From: a virus
Reading direction: 5' to 3' (one strand)
DNA length: 64,000 nucleotides
IMG/VR virus record: IMGVR_UViG_3300008267_000030
Span: 8,150-72,149 of that record
The position numbers and the translations under genes were made by a program. The notes beneath the pieces are model-generated. The model was given only the letters and a program-made list of their open reading frames with translations. It was not told the origin of the DNA and ran no database searches. Positions 50,096 through 58,045 of the stretch are shown in pieces (positions within the stretch are counted from its first letter, which is position 1; each line of letters opens with the position of its first letter).

Positions 50096-50765
50096 TGTTT
50101 CTTTGTTTCAGCCTTTGTGGTAACGATTCCAGTATGTCTGTTGTTTTGGCGGTTTGTATTTTGGCCTCGCTTGAACCCATAAACAACTCCCACCTAATCC
50201 TTTCCGCCTGTTCCAAAATCTCCGGAGCGCTCAGCGTCATGGCCATTTTCAACTTCATTTTAGCCTCTCGCTTGTCCATGTCTCCAGTAACATACCGGCT
50301 GGCCTCAGTAAGTACCAGAAAGTAGTTTTCCATTGTGGCAAAATACAAAGCGGTCTTGCTGCCAAAATGAAATATTACCCAGGCAAACTGCAGTTTTAAC
50401 ACCTCATCGTTTCTTAGCAACCCGACAATTTCGTCCTGCCTTTCCTGCTCAAACAAATATACCTCAAGGCCCTTTCCCTCAATTAACTTAAATGCCTCAG
50501 ATTCTTCGTCTGTTGACTCCGCATTGTCAATGCCATATTCCAGGTCATCCAGAATATTTAAAAGCGCCATGCTCACGCTGGAGTTGTTTAGCCGTGAATC
50601 TCCGCCGGAATAGTACGTCTCAAACACTTTGATCCACATATCCCGCTCTTCTTTTGAAAGTTCGCAATTCTGATATGCCGGGCTGTCAAAAAACGGCTCA
50701 AACGTATTTATGGCTTTGCCATTTTTAAAATCTTCGATAATCTGGCTCATAGCGTTATCTGGCAA
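50085..50765 (-). CDS. hypothetical protein, terminase small subunit candidate
   Basis: Helical and acidic; lies between the GroES-like gene and TerL. Positional inference only. Confidence 0.4.
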   Translation of the reverse strand: MPDNAMSQIIEDFKNGKAINTFEPFFDSPAYQNCELSKEERDMWIKVFETYYSGGDSRLNNSSVSMALLNILDDLEYGIDNAESTDEESEAFKLIEGKGLEVYLFEQERQDEIVGLLRNDEVLKLQFAWVIFHFGSKTALYFATMENYFLVLTEASRYVTGDMDKREAKMKLKMAMTLSAPEILEQAERIRWELFMGSSEAKIQTAKTTDILESLPQRLKQRNNEK

Positions 50766-51496
50766 ATTATTTCGTCCGTCTCAATCCCGTAGTACGTCTG
50801 ATTTCTCAAGCAGGTTTTAAAATTAGGGTCGTTATCGTGGTTGTAGTCCCTAATGTTAATCTCGATTGGTATTGCCCAGTCAAAATTGTAAAGGACCAAA
50901 TCCCCCTTTCTTTCCTCGCTAATAATCTCAAATACGGTATAAGTGTTTCTGACCATGTCTCTATTTTCATCGAGCAGGGCCAGACTTGAGTATTGACTTC
51001 TGAATATTTTGTCGTACAGGTCTTCTCTCTGGACGCAAAAGTTATATCCAGTTTTGTACCTGTGGACGTATGATGCCGTTGGAGTATATCTCGGGTCTGG
51101 GTTGACGCTGTTTAACTTGTGAGTCCTTTCAACGTCAACTTCCTTTATCTCCAATATTGTATTTCCATATATTTTCCCGTCCCGCTCGTAGGCAATAATA
51201 TTTTGCTTATTTGCTATTTGAGGAAAGGCATGATGGCTATCCTGCCAGGCATTATTGTACAAATTGAAATCGCTTAATACCCGGTCCCCCTTTTGAAGTT
51301 TACAGATATTGCCGTACAAATCTGGGGCTGGGTTCTCTTGCTCAACAGTACCGTATCTGGCCAGGTGGTTTATTAAACTCTGGTCGATATGTATCCCTGC
51401 CTCAATTTCAAATCCAGAATCCGTAGAATAATAATCCCTGGTCCTGCTTCTTGCCTCAAGTAAAATGTATTTGGCTCCTAATCCTTTGTATTCCAT
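50747..51496 (-). CDS. GroES-like co-chaperonin-fold protein (possibly tandem domains)
   Basis: TDSGFEI...YGTV...LQKGDRVL resembles GroES T.SGI...G.V...VK.GD.VL; a second KGDLVLY near the C-terminus. Confidence 0.5.
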   Translation of the reverse strand: MEYKGLGAKYILLEARSRTRDYYSTDSGFEIEAGIHIDQSLINHLARYGTVEQENPAPDLYGNICKLQKGDRVLSDFNLYNNAWQDSHHAFPQIANKQNIIAYERDGKIYGNTILEIKEVDVERTHKLNSVNPDPRYTPTASYVHRYKTGYNFCVQREDLYDKIFRSQYSSLALLDENRDMVRNTYTVFEIISEERKGDLVLYNFDWAIPIEINIRDYNHDNDPNFKTCLRNQTYYGIETDEIICQITL

Positions 51497-51497
51497 G

Positions 51498-51911
51498 TTA
51501 TTTTATTTTTCCCACTATAAGCATTGCGGCATCCCGCTCTTCGCTGTTTGTCCTCTTTTTCCAGCCAGTGTACAAATGAAATTCCCTACCATCCACTTTT
51601 GACCTTAACGGCCTAACTAATTCGTATGTCCTGCTCATATACTGGCAATACTCTTCAAGAAGTTTGCCAATCTGCCAATTAGCGCCAACATTGGCTCCAA
51701 TCTTTGCTGCGGTAAATTTGTTTTGAGTCGGATGGTAATTGTGTGTCTTATTTAACCAACCGCCCTCAATTACAATATGAGCGTCTGCATTGGCATCCAA
51801 AAAATCTATCAAAGACCAGAAATCCATCGTATGCAATTGCTCTAATTTGCCATCAATAGCAACAGCAACTCCGCTACGCCTTATGTCTGGGTCTATTCCA
51901 ATAAATCTCAC
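51498..51911 (-). CDS. RuvC-like Holliday junction resolvase
   Basis: FIGIDPD, IVIE, EERDAAML acidic catalytic pattern. Confidence 0.75.
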   Translation of the reverse strand: MRFIGIDPDIRRSGVAVAIDGKLEQLHTMDFWSLIDFLDANADAHIVIEGGWLNKTHNYHPTQNKFTAAKIGANVGANWQIGKLLEEYCQYMSRTYELVRPLRSKVDGREFHLYTGWKKRTNSEERDAAMLIVGKIK

Positions 51912-52096
51912 TGCGTTCTGTGTCTTATTACATCCCTACTTAAACCATCCTTTCGCAAAACAACAACATCTTCCGTAATCATTCGCAGAGTAATTGTGTT
52001 TTCTTCTTCAATTATTACCCTACCTTCTTGCCATTTTGAAACCTTGTTCTCTTTATACCTGACAAAGTCTCCTTTCTTAAAACGATTCGCCTCCAT
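51908..52096 (-). CDS. small SH3/KOW-like protein (start MEANRF)
   Basis: FKKGDFVRY...W.EGRVI pattern. Confidence 0.45.
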   Translation of the reverse strand: MEANRFKKGDFVRYKENKVSKWQEGRVIIEEENTITLRMITEDVVVLRKDGLSRDVIRHRTQ

Positions 52097-52379
52097 CGGT
52101 CTTTTTTCTATTCCTTGATTTTTCGCAATACGTCTTGCCCTCCTGGCTAATTTTGTAGTAAACCTTAGTGCCAAAAGAAGTTTTGTCTCTTAACACTACT
52201 TTAATGAACCCTATTTTTATCAATTCATTACAAGTTCTAACTTGTAACTCTTCCTCTCTCAGGTCGGCAATCCAGGCTTTTTCATTATCCTCAATACACA
52301 AAGTATGGTCGCTGTCCATAAGGAACAGCAACCTCTTCTGTGCTTGTGATTTTATTTTAGATTGCCTTATTGCCATCAA
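52077..52379 (-). CDS. small winged-helix-like protein
   Basis: CNELIKIGFIK...YYKISQEGK pattern; overlaps the ssb stop. Confidence 0.5.
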   Translation of the reverse strand: MMAIRQSKIKSQAQKRLLFLMDSDHTLCIEDNEKAWIADLREEELQVRTCNELIKIGFIKVVLRDKTSFGTKVYYKISQEGKTYCEKSRNRKKTDGGESF

Positions 52380-52795
52380 AAAGGAAGATCATCTGAAAAC
52401 GATTGGCTTGCCGGAAGGCTTACTGGGGTTGTTGTTGCCTGAGCCTCTTTTGGCGATGATGATGTTTGAGCAGCACTTTCGCCAGACTTTCTCAGAATTT
52501 CCAACTGATTGACAAATACGTCCAGGCTTGCCCCCTGTACACCAGAATTTGTAGTGTAAACTCTGACTGGATTTGGCCTGCAATTAACCAAAACCAAGTC
52601 CCCTTTCTTTGGCATATCAAGCGCATTTGCCTGCTGATTTGCAGCCAGCCACTTGCCACAATTGACCCAAAGGGTTTGATTATTTCCGTCTTTGTCTTTT
52701 CCGGCATAGACGGCAACACTGTACTCGATAACGGATTTCCCGCCCACACTTTTAACTTCGGCATCTTTGCCCACATTTCCTGTAAATTGAAACAT
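52376..52795 (-). CDS. ssb: single-stranded DNA-binding protein
   Basis: GNVGKDAEVK, KKGDLVLV, acidic C-terminal DDLPF. Confidence 0.92.
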   Translation of the reverse strand: MFQFTGNVGKDAEVKSVGGKSVIEYSVAVYAGKDKDGNNQTLWVNCGKWLAANQQANALDMPKKGDLVLVNCRPNPVRVYTTNSGVQGASLDVFVNQLEILRKSGESAAQTSSSPKEAQATTTPVSLPASQSFSDDLPF

Positions 52796-52797
52796 AA

Positions 52798-53184
52798 TTA
52801 TAAATTTTCGTTTGGTAAAGGTATTAAAATTGAATATTCTGTCAAAGCCCAAATGCGAATATTTTCGTAATACTGCTCCGCTTGTTCTGTTGTAAGACCG
52901 GTTGTGCTTTTTGCAAACCGCTCTACCTCTCCTGTGATCTGGTTTGGTTTTTCGTAGGCAAGAAACAGCCTTTTTAGAACATCGTGCATTTCATCCGGAA
53001 GGTATCCAAACTCGTCGCTTAGAATTTTTACCACAACTCCCCAGTAATACTTGTTCTCTTGACTGGAACGCTTTTTCCTAAATTTTTTAATGGTTACAAC
53101 TTGTAACCCCTTCAGGTGTTTTAGCGTGTTGTACAAACTCTGTTTCTGATGGTCTTTGTCAAAATCCACTGCCAGCGTTATCAT
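52798..53184 (-). CDS. NinB-like recombination protein
   Basis: KRSSQENKYYW...EMHDVLKRLFL...STTGLTTEQAEQYYENI. Confidence 0.65.
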   Translation of the reverse strand: MITLAVDFDKDHQKQSLYNTLKHLKGLQVVTIKKFRKKRSSQENKYYWGVVVKILSDEFGYLPDEMHDVLKRLFLAYEKPNQITGEVERFAKSTTGLTTEQAEQYYENIRIWALTEYSILIPLPNENL

Positions 53185-54511
53185 AGTTACTCATTCGCAT
53201 TAGTGGTCCATCAAATCTTAAAGCAATCTGGCCAGTGTTCCCAGAACGCATCTTTGCCTGGTCTATGATGCATACGTTTGCAAGGTCATAGGACTTCCCA
53301 GATATTTCCACCTGACCGGTCATTTTGTAGTAATCCGGCCTCATAAGAAACCAAACGCAATCGGCATCCTGCTCAATACTTCCAGATTCACGAAGGTCAG
53401 ATAACTGAGGCATTTTGTCCGGCCTTTCCTCCACACGCCTGCTTAACTGGCTAAGCGCAATTACGGGTATGGCTAACTCTCTGGCAAGTATTTTTAGACC
53501 TCTGGAAATCTCAGCAATGTCATTTTCTCGGTTGTTTCCTTTCTTGTCGGACCCGGACATCAACTGCAGGTAGTCAATGAACAAAACCTTAATGCCATAC
53601 TTTTTCTGCCACATGATTGCCCGGCTTCTTAATTTCCTAAGATTCATTTCGCCCTCGTCAAAAATCCGGATGTTCCAACCTCGCATTTTCTGCTTGCAAA
53701 CATTTAGCGTGTTTTTCTCCCATTCGCTTAACTCCCCGCTTTTAATCTTAAAGGCAAACACCTGACTTTCCTGACTTACAAGCCTTTGCGCAAGTTCATG
53801 TTTAGACATTTCAAGACTAAAAATGCCGCATGGTATTCCCTGCTTTGCAAGGTTTCTAATAAGCGAAACTACAAGCGCCGTCTTACCTTGCCCTGGCCTT
53901 GCGCCCACAATTGTAAGTTCTCCGTCCGTTAAGCCTCCAGAAATTCTGTCCAATTCTGCAAGTCCGGTTGAATGCCCGCTAAGCCCGTTATTTGACCCCT
54001 TTAGCCATTTCTTCTGCGTATCTTCTAATACATCGTCAAAGGTCTGCTCCCCTCCACCTATTGCGTTTTGTAGCAGTTTTTCGGTCTCTGTTTGCATTGA
54101 TGCTATGTGTGAAAAAACATCTACATCATCCTCGTTTGCTTTAATTAGCAACTCCCTGGCCATGTTTGTTGCAGCCCTCCTTATATACATTTCCAGCAAT
54201 ATCCGTGCATGATTTTCAGCATGACCAAAATGGGTCGGCGCCGATACGATTTTTGCAAGACCGGCGGCCCCCCCTATAATCTGGAAAGATTTATTGGTTT
54301 TCATGTCATGAACCGTTGAGATCATGTCAACTGGTTTATCTTCCTCGTACTGCCTTTTTATTGATTCAAAAACTGCTCTGTTTCCTTCGTCGTAGAAAAC
54401 CTGAGAGTTTGGTATGATGCTCATGCAAACCATTAGGTCATCTGGCATCAAAAACATTGCAGTCAAAACTGATTTTTCTGCATCTAAATCGAAAAATTTT
54501 CCCGTTTTCAT
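53159..54511 (-). CDS. dnaB: replicative DNA helicase DnaB
   Basis: GARPGQGKT, FSLEMS, IDYLQL, LSQLSR, DLRESGSIEQDAD. Confidence 0.96.
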   Translation of the reverse strand: MKTGKFFDLDAEKSVLTAMFLMPDDLMVCMSIIPNSQVFYDEGNRAVFESIKRQYEEDKPVDMISTVHDMKTNKSFQIIGGAAGLAKIVSAPTHFGHAENHARILLEMYIRRAATNMARELLIKANEDDVDVFSHIASMQTETEKLLQNAIGGGEQTFDDVLEDTQKKWLKGSNNGLSGHSTGLAELDRISGGLTDGELTIVGARPGQGKTALVVSLIRNLAKQGIPCGIFSLEMSKHELAQRLVSQESQVFAFKIKSGELSEWEKNTLNVCKQKMRGWNIRIFDEGEMNLRKLRSRAIMWQKKYGIKVLFIDYLQLMSGSDKKGNNRENDIAEISRGLKILARELAIPVIALSQLSRRVEERPDKMPQLSDLRESGSIEQDADCVWFLMRPDYYKMTGQVEISGKSYDLANVCIIDQAKMRSGNTGQIALRFDGPLMRMSNYDNAGSGF

Positions 54512-54513
54512 GA

Positions 54514-55203
54514 TTATTTAAAATTGAATTTAACCTCTGTTGATTTTGTAAATGTTTGTTCTTTGGACTTAATCTCGTCTGCCTTTTCCTTCCAAGTTCC
54601 AGAAACTGCTGATTTCCAGTTTTTCATAGGACTTCTTCCTACCAACCATCCTTTGCTTTCATAAAAATTCCAGAACTTATCAGCAAACATCTTTGCCTGA
54701 TTTGCAGTAAATCCATGCTTGTCCTTTGCGTACTCCAAAACCTCCTCAAGGGTCGGTTTTAAAAATTTTTGTACATATAATGTTTCTTTTGTATTCTGTT
54801 TATTTAGTAGGTGTACATTTTGTACATCGGGGCAGTGTACATTTTGTACACCGGAAACCTCGATTTCCCGGTGTACATTTTGTACATCGGTAGCATCCTG
54901 AGACTCGCCGTAAATGATGTAACCCTTGCCGGCAAATCTGGTCCCCTGGGAGACTACATCAACCTCAAACAGGTAGCCAGCATTTTTCAATTCTTGAAAA
55001 CACTTGTCAACGATCCTGCGACCAACCCGTAACCTTTCCTGCAAATCGTTTTTTCGGATAACCCAATCATCCGGGAGGCAAAGGATTGAAACCAAAACGC
55101 CAAGCGACTCCATGCTTAATCGTTCGTCTGTGATTGTTTTGTTTAGGATGACCGTAAAATTTACCTCTGCTTTGGCCTTCCTGATGTAAATCTGATTTTC
55201 CAT
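54514..55203 (-). CDS. phage replication initiator (lambda O-like organisation, N-terminal wHTH)
   Basis: NFTVI.N...D.RLS...LGVL...LPDDW HTH; central DVQNVH repeats; C-terminal KPTLEEV...FWNFYESKGW.VG...MKNWK; upstream of dnaB. Confidence 0.8.
   Translation of the reverse strand: MENQIYIRKAKAEVNFTVILNKTITDERLSMESLGVLVSILCLPDDWVIRKNDLQERLRVGRRIVDKCFQELKNAGYLFEVDVVSQGTRFAGKGYIIYGESQDATDVQNVHREIEVSGVQNVHCPDVQNVHLLNKQNTKETLYVQKFLKPTLEEVLEYAKDKHGFTANQAKMFADKFWNFYESKGWLVGRSPMKNWKSAVSGTWKEKADEIKSKEQTFTKSTEVKFNFK
54811..54886. repeat. iterons, probable replication origin
   Basis: GTGTACATTTTGTACA three times, at 54811, 54835 and 54871, with an AT-rich tract at about 54755-54810. Confidence 0.8.
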
Positions 55204-55306
55204 AAATAAAAAAATCCTTTGTCAGCCTTTCGGGGTAGCGGTCCCTACTTGGCTAACAAAGGACATGAATGTTTTAAACTCATCGCCGCTACTCGATGGT
55301 CCGAAG
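55204..55306 (-). ncRNA. structured 5' leader RNA of the initiator-dnaB operon (two hairpins with complementary loops, then a U tract)
   Basis: CATCG-AGTAGCGG-CGATG hairpin; 13-bp stem TCCTTTGTTAGCC/GGCTGACAAAGGA enclosing GGG-ACCGCTA-CCC; followed by T7. Confidence 0.6.
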
Positions 55307-55312
55307 ACGCAG

Positions 55313-55338
55313 CAAATGTAGAATATTTACTAACTTGC
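55313..55338. promoter_or_regulatory. divergent Bacteroidota-type promoters
   Basis: TACATTTG on the minus strand (55313-55320) and the variant TAACTTGC on the plus strand (55331-55338). Confidence 0.6.
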
Positions 55339-55349
55339 AAACAAAAACA

Positions 55350-55673
55350 ATGAAAAATATTATTGCAGTTTTATTGCTGTTTGCCGCTTCTTGCACCAGC
55401 GAACAACGTGAAAACATTAAAATTCAGGGAGAAGCCTACGAGGCAAAACCAGAATTGGTCATCGACAGCGTTTTGACTGCCCGGGTTGCCGCACTGGAAA
55501 AACACGCTCATTTCCAGGATTCAGTTATCAAGGTTCTTGCGCTTCATGCAACTCATGCAGACAGCGTAAACGTACAGAAACAATTTAAGTCAGATCGTGC
55601 CGAGCGTAGAGGCCGTTTTCTGGGCGGTTTGATTAAGGGCCTGATTCCAGGTCTATCCGGAGCCGGTCGTTGA
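55350..55673 (+). CDS. lipoprotein (spanin-like or exclusion candidate)
   Basis: MKNIIAVLLLFAAS-C signal peptide with lipobox, followed by coiled coil. Confidence 0.65.
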   Translation: MKNIIAVLLLFAASCTSEQRENIKIQGEAYEAKPELVIDSVLTARVAALEKHAHFQDSVIKVLALHATHADSVNVQKQFKSDRAERRGRFLGGLIKGLIPGLSGAGR

Positions 55674-55700
55674 TTTAACACATATCTCTGAGCCTGTACG

Positions 55701-55931
55701 ATGAATTTTAATCGCATTATGCAAGCAGTGTCCTACGGGGTGATAACAATCATGACCTGTGGGCTGCTTGCGGGTGTGGGATACCTTTACAAATTTGACA
55801 AAATAAATCCGTCAGACGGGATATTAGTTTACGTCCTGGGCCAGTTTATTACAGCACTGGTTAGCATTACCAGCAAGATTCACAGGATCAGCCCCGGTCC
55901 ACCAAAAGAAAAAGAACAAGAGACACAATAA
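55701..55931 (+). CDS. small two-TM membrane protein, holin candidate
   Basis: Two hydrophobic helices and a charged C-terminus; adjacent to the endolysin. Confidence 0.55.
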   Translation: MNFNRIMQAVSYGVITIMTCGLLAGVGYLYKFDKINPSDGILVYVLGQFITALVSITSKIHRISPGPPKEKEQETQ

Positions 55932-55960
55932 AAAACCCCAGGCAATACCCGGGGATTTTA
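55930..55960. terminator. bidirectional terminator between convergent genes
   Basis: A6-CCCCAGG-CAATA-CCCGGGG-ATTTT (one mismatch in the stem). Confidence 0.6.
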
Positions 55961-55992
55961 TTTATACCCTTTTAATCCTTGTTCTCTATAAT

Positions 55993-56412
55993 CTAAATCC
56001 TTGCTAACTGAAAATGCATTCCGTCTTTTCTTGTCCATGTACCGCCCCAGTCAAAACCAGCGTCGGTAAAACATTTAACAAACCCAGCGGAAAGTTTTGG
56101 TTCTTTCGACAAGCCGTTCTCAAAGGCATTAACATCAACTGCAATACCCCAGGAATGCAATGACATAGCGTTGCCTCCCCTGATCTTGCGAATGTTAAAG
56201 CATCCGTCCCAGGTTTTTAACTCGCTGACAAAACCCCTGTGAATAAGGTTGCTGAATGCCGCTGACAACGGCCCGACCATGTCTTTGTTGCAGTAAATTC
56301 GCTTAGGAATAAATCCAATCTCCAAATGCGCAGGTACGTCCCATAGGGTCATGCACTTATTTGCCGCATCGGGGGCGCCATATTTAGCAAAGCATTGTCT
56401 TGAATTAACCAT
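55993..56412 (-). CDS. endolysin, M15-family (L-Ala-D-Glu-type) Zn peptidase
   Basis: SLHSWGIAVD, GFDWGG.W...DGMHFQ. Confidence 0.88.
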   Translation of the reverse strand: MVNSRQCFAKYGAPDAANKCMTLWDVPAHLEIGFIPKRIYCNKDMVGPLSAAFSNLIHRGFVSELKTWDGCFNIRKIRGGNAMSLHSWGIAVDVNAFENGLSKEPKLSAGFVKCFTDAGFDWGGTWTRKDGMHFQLARI

Positions 56413-56441
56413 GCCGCAAATATTGCAGGGCAATACGGATA

Positions 56442-56699
56442 TTACAAATTCTCCCAGTCTGCATCCATGCAGATATGAGGCTGGCCCTCAACGTATGCCC
56501 CGGAAATGTTAAACTCAAAATGCTCAATTGCATCTTCCATTTCCATCCCTTCGCTAACAAGCAGTTCCAGAATTTTTTTCTGACTGTAAATTAACTTGTT
56601 GTCAACATGGCTAAGGCCAACTACGGCTTCATCAAGGCCATCCATAATCATGAACGTATCCTCCGGATAGGTATCAATGATTGCTTGTAATACTCCCAT
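56442..56699 (-). CDS. conserved acidic phage hypothetical protein
   Basis: DGLDEAVVG...EDAIEHFEFNISGAYV motif, which I recognise from other phages. Confidence 0.65.
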   Translation of the reverse strand: MGVLQAIIDTYPEDTFMIMDGLDEAVVGLSHVDNKLIYSQKKILELLVSEGMEMEDAIEHFEFNISGAYVEGQPHICMDADWENL

Positions 56700-56700
56700 T

Positions 56701-56997
56701 TTACTTTTCTTTATAAAAATCTGTGTAGATGGAATCCATAGAGGCTGAGTCCTCTCCGGTTGCCATCATTTTAATTACTTTTTCATCAACAATAATCCGC
56801 TCCTCCATGTTTACCATGCTTTCGCCTGTGGTGTTTACGAACACCTCAACAGTTTTTTGCGTCTGCTCAACGGTTTGCTCGAGCGTATAAATCAGATAAT
56901 GCGCATAGGCAAGAACTGCAACGACAATAGCCGAAACATAATTTACCTTGCTTTTAGCCTGGCTTAGCCAGTTTTTAATTTTATTTAATTGTTCCAT
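56701..56997 (-). CDS. single-TM coiled-coil protein (i-spanin candidate)
   Basis: N-terminal TM followed by coiled coil; near the lysis genes. Confidence 0.45.
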   Translation of the reverse strand: MEQLNKIKNWLSQAKSKVNYVSAIVVAVLAYAHYLIYTLEQTVEQTQKTVEVFVNTTGESMVNMEERIIVDEKVIKMMATGEDSASMDSIYTDFYKEK

Positions 56998-57012
56998 ATA
57001 TCTTGCAATATA

Positions 57013-58044
57013 CTAATAATATTCATCTCCTAAAACATTTGCTCCCTTTTGCAAAATGTTTACTTTGTCCTTTTCATATTTTGCAGCATCTGCGCCATAA
57101 AAAAGATTTTTTATAAACTCTTCTTGAGTGCTGGCTCCTCCTCTTGGATTCCCTCCTTTCCATTTGTTACCAAAGGTTGAATAAGTCGGTATTCCAGTTT
57201 CAGATGCAAATTTTTTGGCTCTTTCAGCAAAATGGCAAGCACCATAGTAACAATCTCCCTTGTAATCCTTTGGAAACACTTTTTGCCAGTTCGGACTGTC
57301 TGGGCTTGTAAATTGTGTTTTGGCTTTTTCGGCCTCATTTTTTGCCTGTAAATATTTTTGAAAATCGCCAACTAATTGCTGCTCTGGCAATGTCATTCCA
57401 GATTCAAGCAAAAGATTATTCTCATCAATATCCGAATTTTCAAAGGCAGGATCGTTCATATAAATCTCGGCAGGTATAAAAGGACCAACTGGCCTTCCAA
57501 GACCCTTTTCGTTCATTTCAACAAACTCTTTTTCCAGTTGTGGATAGGTAAGCATCCTGTGCTGGTCGGGAGTATATTTGTTTGCAAGATATTTATAAAA
57601 TAAATCTGTCTGAATTTCAGGTTGTTTAGATGCATTCTGCAGACCTTCTTGATCATTAGGGTTTTCAATTTTTTTATACGCACCCTGATTGTAAAATTGT
57701 TCTGCGTACCTTTCGTATTGCCTTACCTGATCAATGGCGTCTTCTTTTGACATTGGTATGCCAAGCATTTTACCGCCAGCATGGTCAAAAATAAACATAT
57801 CGCCAGAAGGCTCAGAGGCTATTGCACTGGAAATACTTTTGGCATCGCCATATTTTACTGGTATCAAATCAACATTGCCTTTTCCATACCTTTTCTCAAG
57901 CAATGGCAGCATACGTTGAGCCTCTTTGACAAATTCTGTTTTTTCAGTAAAAAACACTTTTGCCTTTTTTCTGGGTCCTCCGCCAGCGCTTGCCTGGGCA
58001 ATTTTGCCACGCAATTCAGGATTAAGGTCAAGTATTGATGCCAT
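57013..58044 (-). CDS. MASILDLNPE-tagged protein with a putative caspase-like (clan CD) protease domain
   Basis: FIFDHAGG (His) ... CYYGACHF (Cys) ... AKKFASETGIPTYS. Confidence 0.5.
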   Translation of the reverse strand: MASILDLNPELRGKIAQASAGGGPRKKAKVFFTEKTEFVKEAQRMLPLLEKRYGKGNVDLIPVKYGDAKSISSAIASEPSGDMFIFDHAGGKMLGIPMSKEDAIDQVRQYERYAEQFYNQGAYKKIENPNDQEGLQNASKQPEIQTDLFYKYLANKYTPDQHRMLTYPQLEKEFVEMNEKGLGRPVGPFIPAEIYMNDPAFENSDIDENNLLLESGMTLPEQQLVGDFQKYLQAKNEAEKAKTQFTSPDSPNWQKVFPKDYKGDCYYGACHFAERAKKFASETGIPTYSTFGNKWKGGNPRGGASTQEEFIKNLFYGADAAKYEKDKVNILQKGANVLGDEYY

Positions 58045-58045
58045 G

